DNA of 64,000 nucleotides from Octopus vulgaris (lineage: Eukaryota). Below, in pieces: positions 1 to 12,216 of the stretch. Both the position numbers and the translations under genes were made by a program. The stretch covers positions 97,030,001 through 97,094,000 of the forward strand of contig OX597823.1 of NCBI GenBank assembly GCA_951406725.2, written 5' to 3'. Numbering within the stretch: position 1 is the first letter of the stretch; the number at the start of each line of letters is the position of its first letter. The notes beneath the pieces are model-generated. The model was given only the letters and a program-made list of their open reading frames with translations, was not told where the DNA came from and searched no databases.

Positions 1-316
1 ATAGGTGCTGCATCAATGCACCCATGCCAGTGGCATGTAAAAAGCACCCATCACACTCTGTTAAGTGGTTGGCATAAGGAAGGGCATCCTGCCATAAAAA
101 CCATGCCACAACAGACAGTTGGATCTGAACAGCTCCCTGCTGGTCAGTTCCATGCCAAACTGTCCAACCCATGGAGAGCAGACATTAAACGATAAGTCGT
201 AAATTTCAAAGCAGTGCCCCATCATGGTCACAGTCTAATGAATGAAACAAGTAAAAGATAAAAGAATATAAAAATTGAAAGTGTTGAACAATAAATGAAA
301 TGAATTTTCTACTTAC

Positions 317-462
317 GTTTCACAAGGAAGATGTTCATTTCCTTCTAAATGATTAAACGCGCCAAGATATTTATTGTAGGAACTTGATGACAAACAGGAT
401 GTTGTGTCATTCCAGACATTCAAGCCAGAAATAGCTACTATCAGAATACAGATTATTTGAAC
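317..462 (-). CDS. Internal coding exon of an unidentified, probably transmembrane, protein (VQIICILIVAISGLNVWNDTTSCLSSSSYNKYLGAFNHLEGNEHLPCET)
   Basis: Minus strand: acceptor tttttatttgaatttcag| (cag at 465-463) and donor |gtaagt (316-311). Only the phase-0 frame is open across the 146 nt. A hydrophobic stretch is followed by an N-D-T sequon. Not TE-like. Confidence 0.65.
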
Positions 463-519
463 CTGAAATTCAAATAAAAATGTTTGACTATTATTATTAT
501 TATTATTATTCCCTCTCTC

Positions 520-710
520 TCTTTCGGAGAGGCACAAGCACCTACACGCACATATACACACACGGCAGTAACTTCCGCCTACCGAATTCAATCACAAAGC
601 TTCGGTCGGCTTGGGGCTATAGCAGAAGACACCTGCCCAAAGTGTCACGCAGTGGGACTGAACCTGAAACCATGTAGCTAGGAAGCTCCCTAACCACACA
701 GCCATGTCCA
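520..710 (-). mobile_element. tRNA-derived SINE fragment (5' head)
   Basis: Reverse complement of the tggctgtgtgg...ggttcagtcccactgcgtg...gggcaggtgtcttct head seen in many copies across the window. Confidence 0.75.
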
Positions 711-769
711 CCAGCAACTCCCTTAGGCCCTTTCTTAACAGACAATGCTCTTTGGTCTTAGATTTTGAT

Positions 770-1015
770 ACTGTGCCGGTGGCATGTGTAAAAGATTTGA
801 GCGAGGTCATTGCCAGTACCACCTGACTGGCACGTAAAAAGCACCCACTACACTCTCGGAGTGGTTGGCGTTAGGAAGGGCATCCAGCTGTAGAAACTCT
901 GCCAGGTCAAGATTGAAGCCTGGTGCTGCCATCTGGTTCACCAGCCCTCAGTCATTCGTCCAACCCATGCTAGCATGGAAAACGGACGTTAAACGACGAC
1001 GATGATGATGATGAT
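770..1015 (+). mobile_element. RTE LINE 3' end with (GAT)n tail
   Basis: aaaagcacccactacactctcggagtggttggcgttaggaagggcatccagctg...caacccatgctagcatggaaa...(gat)n, matching the 3' UTR of the RT-coding copy at 39345-41166. Confidence 0.8.
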
Positions 1016-1019
1016 CAAA

Positions 1020-1940
1020 AATCTCAATTTTTGAGGATAAAAAGGATTTGTACTGATATAGGAGATTACTGGAAACATGCAAATGCTTTTGTACACCATT
1101 GTGTCAAATGCGGTTAGAGTGAATCATGATTAAAGGAAATTGCAAATGAATTGCTAAGATTAGCAAGGAAAGTCAAACAAAGTAAAATATTTGAAAAAAC
1201 TCCTATAGTGGTTAACTGGCTCCAGAATTTCACTGGCATTTCAAAAGTGTTGCATGAAAGTTACCAGCATGTTGCAGAAAAATATCCTTGTTTCAAACAA
1301 ATATTCCCTCAGCTGCCTATTGTAGCCTTTAATTAGTATAAAAATATAAGGGAACTATTAACCACTACTTCTGACATCAAGAAAAGTAACATTGGAATTT
1401 CTGAACACCGTATCTTGAAAAAATGGCTGCAACAGAGGTAATGAGTCAAGTCAATTCCGTTAAGAATCATAGCAGAAATGTTATAGTTTATACAGAAGGT
1501 AGGGTGTGTGGAGATCCCCATTTGCTGTGCTCAGCCGAATGCACCCAACACAACTTGATTTACATTGGTTATACAGCAGAACAATTGAACAAAAAAGATT
1601 CAGTGGGCACAAGTATGATGTCAAGCACAATATTAGTTGTTTGACAGAACTTGCTGAACATTTTACATCAATGGCTGCAGTTTTGAAAAAGACCTGGAAG
1701 TGCATATTCCCAGAAAATATTCTGAATTTACTTTCAGTCCTCAAAATGCACGAGGAGTATTATGTGAGTTATTAACATTACTCCCTGAAGGAATGAACAA
1801 AATGAAAAGGGAATTTCATTGTATTTACTCCAAACTGTTTGATTAAATGTTCTTTTTCTTTTTTTCTTTTTGTTTTTGTCAGTTGTAAAATTGAAATTTG
1901 AAGACTGATGATGTCATTCCTTCAAAGTGGGAATGCAGGA
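1020..1940 (+). mobile_element. Penelope-like element remnant (GIY-YIG endonuclease region plus 3' end)
   Basis: Frameshifted peptides AECTQHNLIYIGYTAEQLNK / RFSGHKYDVKH...ELAEHF and a terminal LLPEGMN fit the PLE GIY-YIG domain. A CTGATGA plus stem (decayed hammerhead) follows at 1905-1937. Confidence 0.65.
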
Positions 1941-2239
1941 TCTCCTCATTCAAACTTTTGAATTTGAATTTCTATGTATCACTTTTCATTTTGAACTCGA
2001 AAAATTGTTCAAACCAACAAATACCTATTGCAACTGCATCATGCCCTTCATATTGTCTATTTATTTTTGTGAAGAGTTATGTCAATCCTTTTAAAGTACT
2101 ATTATTGTTATTATTCTTATTTTTTTTAACTAAGGTTTTGTTGGAACTCCTGGAGTTTTGCATGCATAACGGACTTGTTGCCTGCAGCCTGTGTCTCAAA
2201 GTCAGCAGTTCATCAAGCAGAAATCGATAAAATAAATGC

Positions 2240-4640
2240 CAGATTGAAATACATACTGAGGTCACTGGTTCACCTTGTCCAGCACTACTAGGTCTGGCTT
2301 GTTGTACTTTAGCACCTGATCTGTTTGGATTGGGAAATCCCACAGGATTTTGCAGGTCTCTGACTCTGCCACTCTCTGTGGTTCGTGCTCATACCACATC
2401 TTGCCCCTCTCTAAACCCCCACTTTTTGTGCAATTCCCAATGTAGCACTTTTGCTACCTCATCATGTTGTCACAACTTGTTGTGGTTTTGGGCAAGTCTA
2501 GGGCATTCATTTGTGATATGGGTAGTGGTTTTGTCCAGTCTGTTACAGATGTGGTACAGCAGAAACACTTGCTCATTCCTAAAGTTGACCCTCTAATTTG
2601 CAGCCAAAACTTGGTCTGGCACCACCAGTATGGTGCTCTCAGTCTCTTTCTTCAGTGCTCCTTTCTTCACCTAGTCCCATTTACATTTGCCAGCAACTTC
2701 AGTTGTGGCCGCATAGAATTCATTGTGTAGCCCCTTGTTGTGTAATACTTCTTCATGTTCATTTTGTAATTCCTGCTCTGTTTTTCTATTTTCCTCTGCT
2801 TTCAATACTCCCTCATTCATAACTGACTCTAGCAAGGTTTCCTTACTTTGGGAGAGGTGTCTCAGTAAACTTCCTACTTCGTTACATATGCAGTCTTCCA
2901 CACTCATCAATCCGCTTCCTCCATCTGCTCTTTTCATCTATTGGCAATCAGTGTCTGCACATGGATGATGAGCTCCATGCATCATTAAGAGCTTTCTTGT
3001 CTTCCTGTCCAACTCCTTTAGCTTCTGCTCTGTCCACTCCAGAATCCCAGCACTATACCAAACTACTGTGACTACATGCAAGTTTATTGCTGAAATTACA
3101 AGGTACTAATTATGTTTACGCAAAAATAACTTAATTACCCAAGTTTTAACATCATTGCCTCCAAAGGAGTCTCCTTGTGCAGCAATGTACCGGTCCCTGT
3201 GCAATTCACTCTGGGTCTTGACAACAGTGTTAAAACGATGATCTTTGAGCTGCATTTTCATCTTGGGGAAGGGATGGAAGTCTGCAGCTGCTTAATCTGG
3301 CAAATAGGGCAGGTGCAGAAATGATACCATGTTGTTTTTGGTGAGAAACTCACGAGTGAAGAGAGCTCTGTGAAGAATCCAATTCTTTATGCTTCATGGA
3401 TCCGGTCACTTTCATCAAATGTCCTCCCTCAAATTCTTCAAAACAGTAGAACTCTCAATCGATGGCCTGGGCCTGGGTGAGGAGGAATTCTTGATGCACA
3501 AAACCACATTTCTAGAGTTAACACTTATGGCAGCTCTTCTGGATCGCTCATCATCTTCCAGGGACATTCTTCCACTCTTGAAGAACCCATGCCACTTAAA
3601 GCATGGCATAAACCCATTGCCTCATCCCCATAAGCTTACCAAAGCATGCTCAATGTCTCTGTAATAGACATCCCAAGTTTTAAACAAAATTTCATGCTGG
3701 CTTTTTGTTCTTGACCATGACAAAACCACAGACTACAGCAATACACATAATCACAAAAGCACAAATTTCACATCTTGGTAAGTAAACAGTGATGTCATTT
3801 GGCACCCTGCCTCATGACGGACACTGCCAGCTCTTACTCTGCATGCAACTGTGTGCTGTCATCTGTTGATATGCTACAGAACTATAGTCCAAGAGCTTTT
3901 TGATATCATTTTGTATGTTTCTGGCATTCAGCTTTGAAACCAACAATTTTCTCACCCACTGCAGCTACATTTTCTTTCTTTCCATTCATATCGTTGTGCT
4001 TAATTCCATCTGTTCCAAGTATTCCTAGATATCTATATCTGGATTCAGGTTCAATTTCCTTCATCATTTCACCACTTGGCATACATATGCCTTCTCTCCT
4101 GACAATACTTTCCTCCTCTCATCACTATTGTAGCACATTTTGAGAGTTGAACTCCATCTTAAGAAAATCCGCACAGACTGGACTAAGCTGTCCAGTTCTG
4201 CCTCACATTTTGTTAACAACTTCAAGTCATCCATGAATAGCAGGGGGTTCAGTTTTCCCTTACCGCTTACCGGATCATACTTCAGCTTTGTCTTCTGCAG
4301 TGTTTCACTCAAGAGAATAATTCCTAGCACAAAGATCAGTGGGGGGACACTGTCCCACTGGAAGATTCCTCTCTTGATTTTTACCTCTCCTAATACCTCA
4401 TTCCCTGCTGTCAATTCAGTTTTCCAACATTTCATACTGTTCCATATAAAGTTTCTTGTGTTTTCTGCTACCCCACATATTTCCATGGTTCTTGTTACCC
4501 AAGCACATTGTATCATACTGTATGCTGTATGATAATTAATTCATGCCATGCTCAGGTTTGTGTGTCTTCTCTTGCAGTTTCTGATAATTAGATTATCAAT
4601 TAACAGTTGACTTTTCATTCCAAGAAGTTCACGGTGGTGA
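2240..4640 (-). mobile_element. R4/Dong-clade non-LTR retrotransposon remnant (RT plus restriction-like endonuclease), interrupted by a mariner
   Basis: RT: QLLIDNLIIRNCKRRHTNLSMA, GIFQWDSVPPLIF, NPLLFMDDLKL. RLE region: HDEVAKVLHWELHKK...WYEHEPQRV...KILWDFPIQTDQVLKYNKPDLVVLDK. Many stops and frameshifts. Confidence 0.8.
3099..3913 (-). mobile_element. Mariner transposon remnant (internally deleted)
   Basis: CFKWHGFFKSGRMSLEDDERS (HTH/linker) and HLPYLPD*AAADFHPFPKMKMQLKDHRFNT (YSPDLAP-like). TA at both ends; TIR-like end caaaatgatatcaaaaagctc. Confidence 0.8.
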
Positions 4641-4827
4641 GATGGTAATCTTGATGGTAATTTTTAGTCCAGACCCCTAGACCACAAGCAGAGGCAGGAT
4701 GCTCATGCAGGGACCATAACAGATGCCCAGTGAGAAGCAACTGCAAAACCAAGGGAGTCATCTATGAAACTGAGGTGTATGCTGACCCTAATAGCAGCAG
4801 CAACATCAGCAGCTCACCATTATAAAA

Positions 4828-4840
4828 TGGTGACCCCGAC
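4828..4840 (+). promoter_or_regulatory. LTR-retrotransposon primer-binding site, tRNA-Trp type
   Basis: TGGTGACCCCGAC is complementary to the 3' end of eukaryotic tRNA-Trp. It precedes gag/pol-like debris. Confidence 0.6.
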
Positions 4841-7800
4841 ATAGAAAAAGGATTTTCAGCAGCCGCAAAGCTTTATTGTTGCAGATGCCTCACTTGAACT
4901 ACAGAATGGCAGCTTTCACTTGCATTCTCAACCAAAAATCAATGGCCCAACGTCAGGATATCTTCTCTCATTCAAGTGAACCTTTAGAATTCAGGTTCTT
5001 CGCCCCAAACTCGTATCTAGAAGAATATGCAAGGAAAATACATGGAATTCTTTCAAATAATCTCCTGTTGAAGTAATTTCTCCCATAATATTGACCATCA
5101 ACGTTTGTTACCAGTAAATACACCAAATTCACCTACGGAAGAACACTTCAAGCAAGCTGACCATCAACTTCCAGCCATCATTCCTGTCTACCACAATATC
5201 TGGGTTGCCTCATGTGGTGAAACACAACATTACCAGTTTGCCCACCATTTGCTGATGGTTTCTTAAACAACAACAGAAAAAATACAAAAAAAAAGGAGCA
5301 CACAAACATTTCTTTTTCAGCAGACTGCAACACAGGTTTGGTGACTAAAAAAAAAAGGAAAAAAAATTTTTTCATTACTACACACTGTACACAAAGAAAA
5401 AAAAATCAAAAATTTTGTTAAGTAAAATTTTTTTTGCACACACGTTACTGTTCCAGCAACACTTTGTAAGTTCTTTGGTCCTTTCTTTTCCCTCCTCTGT
5501 AAAGAAAAAATAAAATGAGTCTTCCCCATTTACCAGCATACTCTGGTGACATCACGCTTTGGTTTGCCCAGTTGGATGCCTATTTTTCGGTCCATGCGGT
5601 GCCTCTCAAACAGCAACTAAGTCTATTGTGCTGTGGGATTCCTACCCTTCTTGCACACCCAGTGAGAGATCTTATCACTGACCCACATTCAGACGTGACT
5701 TGTGCGTCCATTAAATCTGAGGTTCTCCAACGGAACACCCAATCTGCCAACAGCAAATTCCAGACGCTGATGCCATCTGAGTTTCTTCGTCATTTACCTG
5801 AACTCAGCGACACATCACCAGAGGACAATTCTCTGCTCCGAAAATTATTTTTGTCTTGGCTGCCGCCGAATGTCCAATCCATACTGGCCACAGTCAAACA
5901 CTCAACTCGCCATTATATCACTACTTCTGGACCACCCGTTTTTTCGCGTCCGCAGCATCTCGCTCCTGATTGGCTCAAAAAGGCTTGTTCTGAGTTTGAA
6001 TATATGCTTCAACTTAGCCTTATTCGCCCCTCCACCAGCCCTTGGGCATCTCCTCTACATTTGGCAAGGAAAGGGGTTTCAGACTTTCGCCCAGTGGGGG
6101 ATTACAGACATTTAAATGCGGTCACTGTTCCCGATAGCTATCCTATAAAGAATCTCCAGAATTTATCTTCGAACTTGCATATTTGTACCATTTTTTCCAA
6201 GGTTGACCTCAACCGGGCTTATCATCAGATTCCAATGAACCCTGATGACATTCCCAAAACTGCCGTACCTCCTATTTATGAGCTTTGGTTTGCAGAATGC
6301 AACGAGTACATTCCAGAGGTTTATCAATGAAGTTGTCTGTGGACTTGATTTTGTGCTCACTTATATCGATGATTTGCTCATAGCTAGCGACACGTATGAA
6401 AATCATCTCCAACACTTATCTCAACTTTTTCAGTGTCTTCGCACCTACTATGTGTGAATCAACCTCGATAAGTGTGTTTTCAGGCAGTCCCCTCTGGAAT
6501 TTCTGGGGCATTACATCGACTCAAATGGTATCAGACCTTTCCCTTCCAAAGTCGATGGAATTCAACACATCTCACCTCCCACTTCTCTACACCAATTGCG
6601 TCACTTTTTGGGAATCGTCAACTTCTATAGATGCTTCATTTGTGATTGTGCAGACAAGTCACTTCCATTGACTGAACTACTGCAAGCAAATACAAAAAGA
6701 GATGCTCCTATCACTCTCTGCCGAGGCATTATCTTCGTTTGAGTCAATCAAGAAGGAAATAGCTTCTGTCCCTTTGCTTGCACATCGTCTCTCTTTAACA
6801 GTTGATGCACCAGATTCTGCGGTTGGTGCTGTTTTGCAACATACCATCAACAATCAAACTCGGCCTGTGGCATTTTTTTCTCGTCAATTAAAACCAGTTG
6901 AATGTCATTACAGTACGTTTGATCATGAACTCTTACCGATCTACCTGTCAATTCGTCCCTTTCAGCATCAACTCGAGGGCCAGGATTTTGTGATTTATAC
7001 TGATCACAAGCCCCTTAAATTTACTCTGACATCCAAATTGGACAAACACTCGCCTCGTGCTTTTTGTTACCTGGACTGCATTTCCCAGCTCACGAGTGAC
7101 ATTTGGCATATACCTGGAACAGAGAACATACCTGCTGATGCACTCTCATCTCCCTGTAAGTTCACTTTCATCTCCTGCTGCAATCGATTTAACTGCCATT
7201 GCACAGGATCAGCCAGCTCTGGACACATTGGATCTGACTTTCACCAAGCTGTCCTGTTGCAAGTTTGCCTATCTGAAAGTACAATCCTTTATGACACAGC
7301 TACTGGTTCTCCCAGACCATTTGTACCTGTGACCCCGCCCCCAGCATTCTGTTTTCAATGCCTTGCATTCACTGTCACATCCTGGCATTGCTGCCTCTGT
7401 GAAGCTTATGATGGCTCGGTTTTTCTGGCCTAATGTGTGCGATATGATCACCGTTTGGGCACACTCTTGTGTGAAATGCCAGCATTCTAAAGTCCACAGG
7501 CACATTCATGCTCCTCTGGGACAGTTTTCTCCATTGGAGACTCACTTTCGCCATGTCCACATTGATCTGGTTAGACCATGGCCTGTCAGTCGTGGGTTCT
7601 CTTACATGTTGATATGCGTTGATCGTTTCTGTCATTGGCCTGAAGCCATTCCAATAGTGGACATTTCCGCTGAGTCAGTTGCTTGAGCTTTTGTTTCTAA
7701 CTGGATTGCTCGCTTTGGTGTCCCAGCTAAAATAACCATTGATTGTGGACACCAGTTTGAAGCTTCTTTATTTCATGAATTGTCGCAAATCCTAGGCATT

Positions 7801-8677
7801 CATCACATTCGTATGACCAGCTACCATCCAGCTTCCAACGGGATGGTTGAACGCTTTCACAGGCAACTGAAAGCTGCTTCACGTGCCACTCCTGATCCAC
7901 AGTCTTGGACAGAATTCCTGCCTATCGTTCTTCTTGGTTGTCGCACTGCTGTTAAAACAGACTTAGGGTTCTCCTCTGATGAACTCCTTTACGGTACCAT
8001 CTTGGCACAATGTTGGTGCCAGACAATTCTTCACGTCCTGATCCAATGTCGTATGTCACCAGACTTTGCTCGTATTTCTCAAGTCTTCCACCCATGCATC
8101 TGTGTGACCAGTCTATTCCCTCTCACGTCCCACCGGACATTAACAAATGGACTCATGTTTTTGTTCAGGATGATTCTGTCAAGGGACTTCTCATTTCTCC
8201 TTATAAGGGACCATTTTGTGTGCTATCGTGCACACCCAAAACTTTTAGTCTCAACATCAATGGTTAGGCAGAGACCGTGTCGGTCGACAGACTTAAAAGG
8301 GCACATTTTGAGGTGTCCACACCCTTCGATGACACCCCAACCATGCCCACTTTTGATCCTTTGCAACCACATATAAATCCACCTGCACATGCACCTTTGA
8401 CCACACCATCACTTACATCTCCACCTTTGTCATCACTACCTAACACAAACAAACCCTATGCCACCAGGACAGGCCACACTATGCATTGACCCCAAAAACT
8501 CACTAGAACTATTTACATCTAACTTTTTTCTTTTTTCTTCCTCTGACAGACAATCGTTTTCTCGTCTGCTGAACATTACCAATGCCTTGTCATTGAACTC
8601 TGTAAAATAATATTTTGTGCATGCTCCTTTTATATTGCTTGTGATTGTTTTTTCTCAATTTCATATTTTATATTATA

Positions 8678-9049
8678 CTAGCAGGGTTTGTTTCAACCCT
8701 TTAGAATAGGAATTTTTGAAAAGTAAAAATTTTGCATTATGTAGCTTCTTATTCTCTTTAAGTGAACATTTTTCTGGTTGAAATACACCAAAAAATGGCG
8801 ACACAGCAGTCAAAAAATGGTTAAAAAATAGGGATTTTCATAGAAAAAAAGCACGTTTTTGATGTAAATAATTTTTGGTGTTAACATGGTCCGATTTGAA
8901 TTTTTTCTTCTACGGCATGAAGAGCAAGCCTTCTTCTATCATAATCTCAATTTTGGTCAACTTGCGCTGCAGGGTTTCGGAGGAGATAGTGTTAGTTGAA
9001 GGCTACCAAACCTGCCATACACAGACAACTTCAGCTTTATATATAGAGA
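8678..9049 (-). mobile_element. Non-autonomous Helitron-like element nested in the Gypsy 3' region
   Basis: Minus strand begins tctctatatataaagc...tgtctgtg and ends ctgCTAG|t; same architecture as 59505-60010. Confidence 0.55.
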
Positions 9050-9152
9050 GGTTTTGTACCACATCTTGTTTGTGATTGGTGACCATCTTTGCTTTCTTGT
9101 GCCTGCTCCAGTCATTCTAATTTTTGCACTGGCGTTCTCAGGAGGGAACTCC

Positions 9153-9574
9153 TGTAGTGTGATACAAGAAGCCAGCACCATTTTGTACGAGATCTCACCT
9201 GCGGCCATTGCCAGGTCCAAGACAAGAGCAAAATCTCACCTACAACCATGTTTACCATGCACGAGACCACAGCGAGGCTCTCGTGGGCAACATCTATTTA
9301 AGGAGGTGTATTGATCAACACGTTCTTTTCTCTTGCATTGGCACTCACGTTGAACAACACTAGCAGCTCACAGAAGATTCTTAACCTGCTCTAACTTTAC
9401 CCGTTATCTCCAGAGGTAATGTACCTCTTGCAAACGGGGCTAACGAACTACATGCTGACATACAGATGGTCCCCGGGGCGCAAACCCCATGAAATGAGAA
9501 CCAAATAAACAACGATTGAATTGCATCTGCTTGTAAGCCTCTTCTTCTTTGAGTTCCAGAATCCTAAGACTACA
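9153..9574 (+). repeat. Putative 3' LTR of the Gypsy element
   Basis: Follows a purine tract (ggagggaa). Starts TGTAGT and ends ACTACA (inverted termini), with AATAAA near 9504. An alternative ACTACA end lies at 9452. Confidence 0.5.
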
Positions 9575-9656
9575 AAAAACAATTGTAATGGGAGAAGGAG
9601 ATACTCCACAGGTATCAGGAACCTTCTGGTCCCATTATAGAAATTTTCTGTACGAA

Positions 9657-9826
9657 GGCGCAGGAGTGGCTGTGTGATAAGTAACTTGCTTACCAACCAC
9701 ATGCTTCCAGGTTCAGTCCCAGTGCATGGCATCTTGGGCAAGTGTCTTCTACTATAGCCTAGGCCGACCAAAGCCTTGTAAGTGGATTTGATAGACGGAA
9801 ACTGAAAGAAGCCCGTCGTATATATG

Positions 9827-9857
<31 letters not shown>

Positions 9858-10025
9858 TTGTGTGTCTGTGTTTGTCCCCCTAGCATTGCTTGACAACCGA
9901 TGATGGTGTGTTTATGTCCCTGTCACTTAGCGGTTCTGCAAAAAGAACCGATAGAATAAGTACTAGGTTTACAAAGAATAAGTTCCGGGGTTGATTTGCT
10001 CGACTAAAGGCGGTGCTCCAGCATG
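9657..10025 (+). mobile_element. Near full-length tRNA-derived SINE with internal (TA)n(TG)n
   Basis: A box (tggctgtgtga), B box (ggttcagtcc), and a body shared with 30922-31321 and 34380-34750. Confidence 0.85.
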
Positions 10026-10179
10026 GTATCGGTTTATCAATTTTTCCGCTCATCGATTGTTTTTTTTTTTTTTTGGAGTCCTAAGTAATGCAGGCATCCA
10101 GTTTGAACAAAATATGTCAAAACTGGTAAAAGTCATGGTTGAAAATGGGGTGTAGCCAATTTTTGTGGGAAATTCTTAT

Positions 10180-11400
10180 CTGCCTCCCCCCAGACTAAGT
10201 AAACCTGTCTCCTAACTCCCCTTCTGGCAATCTGATACAATTCCCTACTATCACCGTTCTTCTAATCCTTCCATGCCTGTTTCTTTTCCCTTATGACTCT
10301 GTCAACTACACTGTTCCATCACCACATTACCTTGAGTAAAGAGGGGACTTTGCACCATCCACAGATCTGGTCAATAGCCCTCAACAGGTTGTCCTGTAGG
10401 AACCCCCAGTTGTCTTCCATATCATGTGATGCTATATCCCCCTCTATTTCGTCAAAAGATTTGAGTAATACGTTTCTAAATCTCTGTCCATTCACAGGAT
10501 CCTTAAGCTTCCAGACCCTTCTTCTCCAAGCTGGTCGTCTTCTGGGCATCCATTTAGCCCTGATTCTGAAGTTGCTAACTACTAATCTATGTTGTGGGGT
10601 GCATTCTTCACCTTGGAAGGTTTGGGCATTTATTTGTAGCCATCTTTCCCCATTTCCTGGTGAGAACTTAATCAATTTGACTAGTGTGTCCACCAGATCG
10701 GTAGGTGAATAGGTGACCATAAGATCATTTGCATTGCAGAACTCCAGCAGCCTGGTTCCCTCCTCATTGTGGGAACCAAAACCATAGCCACCATGTATGC
10801 CATAGAAGTCCTCTGCACATTGTCCAACATGCCCGTTGAAGTTGCCAGCCACAAAGAGAAGGTCCCTGTCATTTGTTGAGGAGGTAGTCTGCAAGAGGGG
10901 GTCATAAAATCAATCTTTCTCTTCGTCAGTTAGCCCTGGCTGAGGGGCATAAGCTGAGATAATGGTTGCTAATCCATGTTGCAGCACTAATTTAATCTTA
11001 AGTATTCTATCACAGACTCTGACTAACTTGATTACCTTATCAACCCATTTCCCTGCAAGAAGTATACCCATGCCCCCCGGCCCCATCACTGTTCCCTACC
11101 CAGAAAATCTTATATCTATGTTCTTTGTCTGTGAGGAACCTAGCAGAACTTCCTCCCCATCTAACTTCTTGGATGCAGCACAAATCTACACATCTTCGTT
11201 CAAGCATTTGAACAATCTCACCAGACCTACCTTTCAACATGCCAGCATTAAGTGTGCCAACTCTGAGGGCATGGAAGGTGTGGGCCCGCAAAACCCTGGG
11301 ATGGAAGACAGCAGCATCATGTACCTGAAAAGAAAGCTCACATTTGGCAGAACTCATAAACATACAATAGCTTTCAGTCTGCATACACTACACCATCATT
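10180..11400 (-). mobile_element. RTE LINE remnant, APE endonuclease region
   Basis: LRVGTLNAGMLKGRS..DLCCIQEVRW, VAGNFNGHVG, HGGYGFGSHNEEGTRLLEFC, QHRLVV. Confidence 0.85.
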
Positions 11401-12216
11401 TTATGCACTACATAATTACTGCATTACATAGGAGATAAACCCTAAGTAGGAATGGGGGGAAAAATTAAGCCTTTGGAGGTGTTCATGGGAAAGACATCTG
11501 ATAGAAGTCAGAGGATAGAGACTTCTGGTATAGGTGGTGGGGTGGGAAGGGAGGGTGCACTGTGAAACGGCAAAAACTCAGGCTGACAATATGAAAGAAT
11601 AGTAATAATAATAATGAGATAGAACTGGGCATTTGCATTCTTAGCTAGAGCTATAACCAAAAGTTTTCGGTCAGCCAAGGTGTGACAAAATTAGATAAAT
11701 GAATGAATAAAATGACAATAATAAATGAGTGAAAGAGAGGAAGAAGGGAGAAAGAGGGGGTTGAGTGAAGGGACCTTAAGTTTTTTCTCAAAACATATTG
11801 GCATGGAAGACAAAACTGTGTTTACATAGATAGATAATGAAATATATAGCTAATGAAATTAAATAATAAAGTAATTATAATTTACATTGAAAAAGAGGTT
11901 TTAGATGTGTGCTAAGTTGGAAAACAAAGTTGTTTATCTGAACACCTTGATTTCTACTCCATGTGGTGAGGTATTAAAATACGAGGTAGAAGAATCTGAA
12001 TGAGCTAGTTTGTATAGGGTGGAGTGGGGTGTTGGGAGAAGCAAGTGGTTAATGAAACTGAGAGAGAAAATGAAGAAGAAGAGAGAGACCAGAGTTAAGC
12101 TGGTTGAAGACAGAACATGAGGAGATGGAATTTTAGAATTTAGGGTAACATAACTGAATGAATAGGTTTAACATTGCTGCTGCCAGTGTGAAAAAAAAAA
12201 TAATATATATATATAT

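Larger units (their letters stand above)
5339..9574 (+). mobile_element. Gypsy/Ty3 LTR retrotransposon, degenerate (gag-RT-RNaseH-integrase)
   Basis: gag (LPAYSGDITLWFAQLDAYF); RT (SPWASPLHL, FRPVGDYRHLN, FSKVDLNRAYHQIP, YIDDLLIAS); RNase H (LTVDAPDSAVGAVL, TDHKPL); integrase (HSLSHPG..CVKC, HIDLV, NGMVERFHRQLK, PYKGPF). Domain order is RT-RH-INT; many frameshifts. Confidence 0.92.

Noticed and set aside
4640-4827. 5' LTR matching 9153-9574
   Set aside because: No visible sequence similarity to the putative 3' LTR.
9657-9730. tRNA gene
   Set aside because: The A/B boxes belong to SINE heads followed by SINE body; no full cloverleaf.
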